A stretch of 64,000 nucleotides of DNA from Pseudobdellovibrionaceae bacterium (GTDB taxonomy: Bacteria > Bdellovibrionota > Bdellovibrionia > Bdellovibrionales > UBA1609): assembly GCA_018663505.1 (NCBI GenBank), contig JABJQG010000036.1, forward strand, positions 2,680-66,679, read 5' to 3'. Below, one piece after another: positions 47,441 through 54,251 of the stretch (position 1 is the first letter of the stretch; every line of letters starts with the position of its first letter). The translations under genes were made by a program, and so were the position numbers. The notes under the pieces are model-generated. The model was not told the DNA's origin. It saw nothing but the letters and a program-made list of their open reading frames with translations, and searched no databases.

Positions 47441-48788
47441 GACTTGCTAATGCCTCTAAAGTTGTAGTTAACTGAGTAAATGGTTTAAAAAGATCATCAC
47501 TGATAAATTGAGAAAATTCATCTTCATTAGAGAGAAGGTCATTATATAAAATTACATACGTGGGGTGATCTTGAGATATAACAGTACTTAGAAACTGGGA
47601 AAACTTATGGTCAGTACTGTAGGAATTTGAATCCAATTCTGCTTTTAATACTTCAGCTGCATTTTTAAGCCCCTCAATATTTAAAGTAAATACTGATTTC
47701 TGCCCAGGGTACAAAGATATAATACCTACTTTTTGTACTCTACCATTCAATTCTAAGCGTATATAATCACTTACCGAAGTAATGACTCTTCTTTCACCAT
47801 TTTCTAAAATAACCGTTGCTAATAAATCTTGTTCCGATTTCCAGGAGCTAAGGTATGGAGAATTGCGAGAGTCATTAAACAACTCAGTACTTAAGCCAAC
47901 AATCTGTGCCCCTATTGACAAACTATTTCCTGTTCCATGAGGAATTATACTTGCTGTGGCAGTGGGCCGGGTTTCCAAAGGGCTGTAAAATTCAACACCA
48001 TTAAATTTAATAATTTCATTTTCATAGTCATAGGAGTAAGATCTTTTTTTTCCACCAAGCATAACATCCAGTCCACTCTTGATATCTCGCGCGCCAACAA
48101 CATGCATAGTTATATTACTCACCTTTTGAAATGTTCTTGTACTTAATGAGGAAAACAACCCCACCATCTGATCGTTTTTTTCATCTAAGCTTACACTTCC
48201 ACCAGAAATTCCGAATCCACCAACACCTATAGCAATGATTTCATTTTGAACATCAGGGCGTTTTATCGATTGACTATTTAAATTCTGTATTTTCAACGTG
48301 GTTGCCAAAAAGTTATTATGACTGCCCGACAGGTATGCAGAACCGTAAGCTTCAGTTTCTTTTTGGGGCAATACCAAATCTGTATCAAGATTTGCCTTTT
48401 TTATCCCACGACAGTCTTTGCTGTCCATCCCCTTAAGTAAAGCTGTTTCTGTACCCCAGTCACGGCCAATAATCATAACAGGTACGGTTTTATGTTTTTT
48501 ACTTGTTAAAAATACGCTTGTGTCCCCAATGGGTTTTAACCCTAGAGTATGATCTGCTGTTATATAATAACAATCATCGCTTTTAATATTTTTATAATTA
48601 AATTTTGAAATATCCAACAAAGTGGCAGAAGCTTGTTCTAAAGTGCCTCCGGACTTACTATTATAAGCTGATGTTAAATTTGTTAATGAAAATATATTTT
48701 TAGGATACATCTTTTTAGAATACAATTCTCTGGCAAATAACGAGGAAAACATTCCTAATAAAACTATTAATAAAACGAGTGATTTCAT
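47418..48788 (-). CDS. Exported protein with an N-terminal trypsin-like (S1/Trypsin_2-type) serine protease signature
   Basis: 456 aa with a signal peptide. ITADH (His), then ETALLK about 35 residues later (in the position of D-[IL]-A-L-L-K), then GFGISGGSV (G-x-S-G-G) about 115 residues after the His. The C-terminal ~250 aa are unassigned. Confidence 0.45.
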   Translation of the reverse strand: MKSLVLLIVLLGMFSSLFARELYSKKMYPKNIFSLTNLTSAYNSKSGGTLEQASATLLDISKFNYKNIKSDDCYYITADHTLGLKPIGDTSVFLTSKKHKTVPVMIIGRDWGTETALLKGMDSKDCRGIKKANLDTDLVLPQKETEAYGSAYLSGSHNNFLATTLKIQNLNSQSIKRPDVQNEIIAIGVGGFGISGGSVSLDEKNDQMVGLFSSLSTRTFQKVSNITMHVVGARDIKSGLDVMLGGKKRSYSYDYENEIIKFNGVEFYSPLETRPTATASIIPHGTGNSLSIGAQIVGLSTELFNDSRNSPYLSSWKSEQDLLATVILENGERRVITSVSDYIRLELNGRVQKVGIISLYPGQKSVFTLNIEGLKNAAEVLKAELDSNSYSTDHKFSQFLSTVISQDHPTYVILYNDLLSNEDEFSQFISDDLFKPFTQLTTTLEALASHEKNSKN

Positions 48789-50050
48789 TTGTTCTCTCCA
48801 AGTAGGGTTTCTAATTTTAATAAATTTGATAACAAACTATTTGTAATAATAGATAGTTCTTTTTCTCGAGCATTGGTTACAGAAAATCTTCCATCAAGAT
48901 TTTCAAGTAAATGAATAAAACTAATATTATCTGCACTTTTATTTTTTTCTTTTAAAGAACGTAATGCCTTCTCTATATATTTAAGAACAATGTCATTATC
49001 ACTAGAAGCTTCTGTGTAACGAATTGCCGTTTTTATGTTGTATTGAATTTTATTGACCCTTAGATCCCAGTGTTGGGGTAAAAATAACTTGAGGGTAGAA
49101 ATATGAGACTTGGCCATTTTTAACTGCGCTAAAACCCTATTTGAGGCCCAATTATTAGATTTATCTTTTATGACTTGCATGGCTTTATAAGCGTGACCAA
49201 TATATAAACTAATGGGAAAACTACTACTCCAATGATCATTAATCTCTTTTAAAAATGAATCATAAGCAAGAACTTGACTTACAAGATTATACTTTTTTAT
49301 TTCAATATCTTTAACACTCATCTTGTTAGTATTTAACCGAATGTAGCTATTGCAAATTTGGATTAATTCTCGAAATGATTCAGATAAAAATGGATAATCC
49401 TTTCTAAAATCAGAAAGTTTACGACTCATAAAAACAATAGATGAGCCAATCGTATCTGGCAAAACATTATCTCTGGATAACACCATCATAGAGGGTTTCA
49501 GCTCAACATAAAGTTTCCCCATTTTTCTTGAAACTTCTCTGAAGTTTTTATTGCTAATATCGGAATTACAATAAGGGGAGTTAAAATTTGTTCTAAGCAA
49601 TCGCTCAAATTGACTCATATCGCGCACAGCAATCATACCATCTAAAAGTATACTTGTGCGACCCAAGGGCTCCTCCACAAAGCAACTTAATTCAGAAATA
49701 TCAGTAATACTTGAATGTGAGTTTAAGTAGCGCCAGTAGTGATCAATTACCAATAGCTCTAAGTTATGGAAGTACTTTAAACATTGAGTATTTGCAGAGT
49801 TTGGCTCACAAGGTTCAATTGTCGGAGTCATTAATTCAACAAACTGACTTAAATTATTCACATTTTTTAAGCAAGACTGTTTTACTGATATTCTATAATC
49901 AAGGGATTTACTTTTTTCTTCAAAACGACATTGCACTATATTTAATAGCGGTGATTCTGCTAAGGCGACACCCGTCCATATAGATACCAAAAAAACACTA
50001 ATTAATAATTTTTGCACATTATCTCCCATCCGCACAATAACGAATTCCAT
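48785..50050 (-). CDS. Hypothetical exported protein (Cys-rich N-terminal part, helical remainder)
   Basis: 421 aa ORF. Its start region overlaps the stop of the upstream gene (50019-50050), and its own stop overlaps the downstream gene's start by 4 nt (48785-48788). Leader is LLISVFLVSIWTGVALA. No motif recognised. Confidence 0.5.
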   Translation of the reverse strand: MEFVIVRMGDNVQKLLISVFLVSIWTGVALAESPLLNIVQCRFEEKSKSLDYRISVKQSCLKNVNNLSQFVELMTPTIEPCEPNSANTQCLKYFHNLELLVIDHYWRYLNSHSSITDISELSCFVEEPLGRTSILLDGMIAVRDMSQFERLLRTNFNSPYCNSDISNKNFREVSRKMGKLYVELKPSMMVLSRDNVLPDTIGSSIVFMSRKLSDFRKDYPFLSESFRELIQICNSYIRLNTNKMSVKDIEIKKYNLVSQVLAYDSFLKEINDHWSSSFPISLYIGHAYKAMQVIKDKSNNWASNRVLAQLKMAKSHISTLKLFLPQHWDLRVNKIQYNIKTAIRYTEASSDNDIVLKYIEKALRSLKEKNKSADNISFIHLLENLDGRFSVTNAREKELSIITNSLLSNLLKLETLLGENK

Positions 50051-51632
50051 TGTTCATCACTAAATCAATAAATGTTTGCAAGTTTTTCATAGACTTAGTT
50101 CTATCTTGTACATGCTTACACTCTTTACCCAAAATCTTTAATGCACTTGTATTCCCATCCTTACACATATTTTCTAGTCTATTAATAGAACGAGATCGTG
50201 GTTTTCTCTCAAGAGATTTAAAGTAAACATTATCTGTTGTATCAACCAACTCAATCAGCTGACTGGGCCCATTAATCTTAATAATTGGGTATTGTTCACC
50301 TACCCATTTTAAAGGGATGTTCAAGTAGTTTGAAATGGTCAAACGAGTTTCTGTATTTAATTTTTCTTCAAAGCGTAAATGTGTCTTAATAGAGAAAACT
50401 AGGTCACGAAGAGTTTTGTCTGAATATTCATCTGTATAATAATACTTTTTCAGATGATTCCTTTGAGATTCATCCAAGCTTGCCACCGTGCCGTCACATT
50501 TTTTTAGTGTAAGCTCAGCTTTGTCTAAGCTAAACAAGTCTAAGTAATTTTGAATATTAACATGAGTTAACTCTTCTGATAACTCCAGCCACTTGTCTGT
50601 GATATTTTGATATTTTTGTTTAAGCTCAGGTGCATTTATATTTAGTGGATCAAAAAAACTTAAAGCAGGCTCACTAATCAAGACTAATTCTTCCTCAATG
50701 AGCTCTATGTATTCTTTTAAATTTTCAGACTGGGTGGAACTAAGATCTGCAGTGATTATCTCTTTATTTGCATAATAATCGGTCAAGGTATTAAGTTCTT
50801 TTTTAGCAATCCAAGTTTGAGGATAGTAAAATTCACCGATGTATTTCAAGTCACTGTGTTTTTTTCTTTTCTTAAGTTCATTAGGCAAATGGTACCTTAG
50901 TTTTTTGAGCATATGAAAAGGCTGTACTGGGGTAAAATTCTTTCTACCATGCTCTTTGATATCTAGAAAAGAAAGGGTTTCTTTAAGGGGAGATAAACAA
51001 TTAAATGATAATTTATCATAGTCATCAGTCTCACCTCCGTATTTACCATATACTTTGTCTAAGTGTTGTATAAGCTGATTTAGTTTTACTTTGGAAAGTT
51101 GGAAACGTAAACTCCATATATTACGTGCAAAGGAATATCCAAGCTCCATACCAAAAAAGAGATCCACAACACTGACACCCGTTCGGTAATACCCTGCCAT
51201 TCCTGGTTCATTGGGGTTAAAGTTATACACACGGTCACCAACCCTTACAGCACCATGCCCCCAGTAGGTATTAAACCCTTCTTTTTTCTTACTATGATAG
51301 TTCAATTGTTCCATGAAATAAAATTCAACCGTATTTTTCTCGTAATCAAAATATTTCGTAGTTTCAAAAGGTAAAAAATTAATTTTAAGGTCAATTAACT
51401 CGTGTGTATTTTTACTGATCTTAATATTATTTTTGGCTATGGGAATAGCTACTTTTTGTGAAAGGGTTAAAGCCCCCTTATAGTGTTTTAGCTCATATCT
51501 CACATTTGTCGTTTCATCTATTATGTACTGCTTCAGGCTGTTATCTGATTGGATAAAACCCGTAATGAAACCAGGTATAGCAAAGACATTTGTGCTTAAA
51601 AAAATGAAAAGTATTAGACTTAATATTTTCAT
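50019..51632 (-). CDS. Exported protein with a permuted-papain (PPPDE/DUF862-like) His...Cys signature
   Basis: 537 aa with a signal peptide. YWGHGAVRVGDRVYNFN, then about 75 residues later DDYDKLSFNCLSPLKETLSFL. This resembles the PPPDE pattern H-x-G/A-[IV]-x-V-x-G-x-x-Y-x-F ... Y-x-[LIV]-x-x-x-NC-x-x-F/L. Confidence 0.4.
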   Translation of the reverse strand: MKILSLILFIFLSTNVFAIPGFITGFIQSDNSLKQYIIDETTNVRYELKHYKGALTLSQKVAIPIAKNNIKISKNTHELIDLKINFLPFETTKYFDYEKNTVEFYFMEQLNYHSKKKEGFNTYWGHGAVRVGDRVYNFNPNEPGMAGYYRTGVSVVDLFFGMELGYSFARNIWSLRFQLSKVKLNQLIQHLDKVYGKYGGETDDYDKLSFNCLSPLKETLSFLDIKEHGRKNFTPVQPFHMLKKLRYHLPNELKKRKKHSDLKYIGEFYYPQTWIAKKELNTLTDYYANKEIITADLSSTQSENLKEYIELIEEELVLISEPALSFFDPLNINAPELKQKYQNITDKWLELSEELTHVNIQNYLDLFSLDKAELTLKKCDGTVASLDESQRNHLKKYYYTDEYSDKTLRDLVFSIKTHLRFEEKLNTETRLTISNYLNIPLKWVGEQYPIIKINGPSQLIELVDTTDNVYFKSLERKPRSRSINRLENMCKDGNTSALKILGKECKHVQDRTKSMKNLQTFIDLVMNNGIRYCADGR

Positions 51633-52234
51633 TGCACTTCCTTGGGTATGAAATTAGGCTCAACGTAAAGGTGAATACTTTCATTATCACCTTGTTTCGC
51701 GACAAAGTAGCTTCCATTATCATGGTCATAAAGTTCAAATTTCATATTATTACAGATGAATGACTGTAACATCCCCATGTTATTGAACTCTGCAGACTGT
51801 ATTTCACCAAATAGATTTATAAAGCTAGCCCCATCATCATTAGATCTAAGATCTAAATTTAAATTTTTCGTAAGAGACCTCATTCTATAATTAATACTGT
51901 TAATATTTGACTTAATCTCACTACTTTTAACCGGTCCTTGAATAGCTGAAGGACCAATGATTGCCCATTTATATATGATAGGCTCGGCTGCTCCAAGAGC
52001 AAGAACTGTCCCAACACCAACCAAACTAGATATCCCAGCTGCTTTACTATGTCGACTATAGCTAAGTGAATTAGTTTTCGCCTCATGCATTCTTTGCAGA
52101 GTTCCATCTCCAACACCATAAAGGACGTTTTGCCAAGTAGGCATATTCCCTACTATCCAAAAAGCACATGACGACTGAGCAATGAGAATAGACATTCCAA
52201 TAGTTAAACCTTTTAAAATAATCTGACGTTTCAT
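51629..52234 (-). CDS. Exported protein, paralogue-family member (full-length type)
   Basis: 201 aa with AFWIVGNMPTWQNVLYGVGD, a Gly/Ala-rich hydrophobic stretch, and SFINLFGEIQSAEFNNMGMLQSF...YFVA...LYVEPNFIPKE. Confidence 0.6.
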   Translation of the reverse strand: MKRQIILKGLTIGMSILIAQSSCAFWIVGNMPTWQNVLYGVGDGTLQRMHEAKTNSLSYSRHSKAAGISSLVGVGTVLALGAAEPIIYKWAIIGPSAIQGPVKSSEIKSNINSINYRMRSLTKNLNLDLRSNDDGASFINLFGEIQSAEFNNMGMLQSFICNNMKFELYDHDNGSYFVAKQGDNESIHLYVEPNFIPKEVQ

Positions 52235-52842
52235 TTCACATCCTCACTTTCGGGAATGAAATTTGGCTCTATAAATAACTCAGTGGCATTATGATCACCA
52301 TTTTGACTGATAAAATAATGTCCTTTATTGTCATTAACAAGTTTAAAATTGACCAAGGTAGCAGTTGTAAACGACTGTAGTATTCCAAAATAATTAAATT
52401 CAACAGATTGAATTTCACCAAACTGATTGATGAAAGATTTGCCGTTAATATTTTCCTTAAGTTCTGAATTTAAGTGTTTAGTGGTCACTCCAATTTCATA
52501 TTCCAATTGATCATTATCTGAGCTTACATCACTGCTCTTTATAGGTGTCTGGAAGGCCACCATCCCACCTAATGCAAATCTAAGAATTTCTATTGTTATT
52601 CGCCCCTCAGAGAATGCTCCCCCAACAAGTATAGCTGATGCCCCCATGGCCTTTGTATTAAAATAAAAGTTTGATGTTTTAATTTTTTGTAAATAAGCTT
52701 TTTGAATTCCCTGATCTCCAGCTCCGTAGAGAACGTTTTGCCAAGAGGGCATATTCCCAACGATCCAAATCGCATATGTGGAATGAGTAGTAATAATCGA
52801 CAATGCAATAGCTAAACATCTTAAAATAAACTGGTGTTTCAT
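52231..52842 (-). CDS. Exported protein, paralogue-family member (full-length type)
   Basis: 203 aa with AIWIVGNMPSWQNVLYGAGD and SFINQFGEIQSVEFNYFGILQSF...YFIS...LFIEPNFIPE. Confidence 0.6.
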   Translation of the reverse strand: MKHQFILRCLAIALSIITTHSTYAIWIVGNMPSWQNVLYGAGDQGIQKAYLQKIKTSNFYFNTKAMGASAILVGGAFSEGRITIEILRFALGGMVAFQTPIKSSDVSSDNDQLEYEIGVTTKHLNSELKENINGKSFINQFGEIQSVEFNYFGILQSFTTATLVNFKLVNDNKGHYFISQNGDHNATELFIEPNFIPESEDVK

Positions 52843-53429
52843 TTCACATCCCCATCTACCGTAATAAAATTGGGTTCTATAAAGAGTTCTATAGGATCTT
52901 CATTTTTTAAAGTACTAATGAAGTAATATCCTTGATCATTATTTACTAGTGTAAATTTTGTGTTATTATTGGTACTAAATGTTTTTATCATTCCAAGTTT
53001 ATTCATATGAGCAGATTTTATTTGTCCAAATCTACTTATAAAGGAACGTCCATCCACATTGCTGTTAAGTTCTTCATTCAATTTAGCTACGGTCACGTTT
53101 ACAGCAGAATCGATACCTCTTTGTGATGAAATATGTGTAATAACAGAACCTACAATTTTCAAAGGAATTCCTACTTGTGCAAAGTCCTTTAGCCACACAG
53201 AGTCAGTATCCACCAGTAATACACCAATCCCGGTGCCTGATTTTATGGAACGTTGACCTCCAAAGCTTGCTTTATACGCTGCATGAGACTCTTTAACCAT
53301 CTCGTCGCCTTCACCATAAACTATATTGTTCCACGTTGGCATATCACCCATAATTGTATTCGCGTGAGCACTTGGGGTAACAATATTGATTAAGCAACTT
53401 GTATATAAAAATGTGATTATGAACTTCAT
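52839..53429 (-). CDS. Exported protein, paralogue-family member (full-length type)
   Basis: 196 aa with NTIMGDMPTWNNIVYGEGD and SFISRFGQIKSAHMNKLGMIKTF...YFIS...LFIEPNFIT. Confidence 0.6.
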   Translation of the reverse strand: MKFIITFLYTSCLINIVTPSAHANTIMGDMPTWNNIVYGEGDEMVKESHAAYKASFGGQRSIKSGTGIGVLLVDTDSVWLKDFAQVGIPLKIVGSVITHISSQRGIDSAVNVTVAKLNEELNSNVDGRSFISRFGQIKSAHMNKLGMIKTFSTNNNTKFTLVNNDQGYYFISTLKNEDPIELFIEPNFITVDGDVK

Positions 53430-53992
53430 AAATTTTCTAGCTCCTCAATAAATTGAACATCAGCAATATACTGGCCGCCTGGTGCTAGTACTTTAAAAAC
53501 GTAAGAATCAAGGTCAACTCTTTTAAGAACGTACTTAGAAGTAATTAGTCTTGTTACGTCACCAAACTTATTAAAACGCACAGTAACAATTGCACCAAGT
53601 GCATTTAATATAGAGTAAGAATCTGCATTATTCTTTAGAGCCGAATTTATATCTTTAGTGAGTTCTAGTTTAATTTCAGCTAGGTTATTGTGTAAAACGT
53701 GATCAAGCTTAAGTCTCTTGTAGGGCTTAAACCACATATTATCATTAGCAATAGGAATAATTTCACCTAGTTTAAATTCATTAATTTTTTCACGCTTTTC
53801 ATCAAACTCTACAAGCTTTTGCTTATAAAATTCTTTATATTTATCAAAGGTTTTTAATCCTAGCGTATTTACTATTGGGACAAGAATAAGCTGAACCCTT
53901 TTTTCTTCTTGTGCGTACATACCAGCTTTAAAAAACTGACAAAACACAAAAGTGAAAGCTAGGAGTATTTGCAATGAGAATTTACTGAACAC
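53426..53992 (-). CDS. Exported protein sharing the C-terminal module of the paralogue family; first gene of the nine-gene operon
   Basis: 188 aa with a leader (LQILLAFTFVFCQFF). The C-terminal SILNALGAIVTVRFNKFGDVTRLI...YVFKV...VQFIEE aligns with the family module. Confidence 0.55.
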   Translation of the reverse strand: MFSKFSLQILLAFTFVFCQFFKAGMYAQEEKRVQLILVPIVNTLGLKTFDKYKEFYKQKLVEFDEKREKINEFKLGEIIPIANDNMWFKPYKRLKLDHVLHNNLAEIKLELTKDINSALKNNADSYSILNALGAIVTVRFNKFGDVTRLITSKYVLKRVDLDSYVFKVLAPGGQYIADVQFIEELENL

Positions 53993-54251
53993 GAGTGAAA
54001 ATCCTTTAAGTTAATTGATTAATTACTAATTTCTTATGCAATATTGAAGCTCATTATAGGGGGAGAAATACAAATAGCTACTTAACTGTCCTAAAACAGT
54101 TAAGTAAATGATATCACACATAAAATCGTATTTTTTTTGCCACCATCAAGAAGAGCACAGAGAGTCTTGAAAAAATTATACTGGAACTTTTTTCTAAGTT
54201 AATGAACATCTACATTACAAGCATGAAATTAGTTCAAAATAAAACTTTAAA

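Noticed and set aside
51541-52808. Small overlapping ORFs (51541-51738, 51880-52119, 52596-52808) and similar ones elsewhere in the operon (47937-48146, 49711-49983, 53059-53256, 55174-55365, 57000-57182, 57252-57551)
   Set aside because: All are alternate-frame or antisense ORFs inside longer ORFs that have leaders, paralogy or motifs. AT-rich sequence with few stop codons in some frames explains them.
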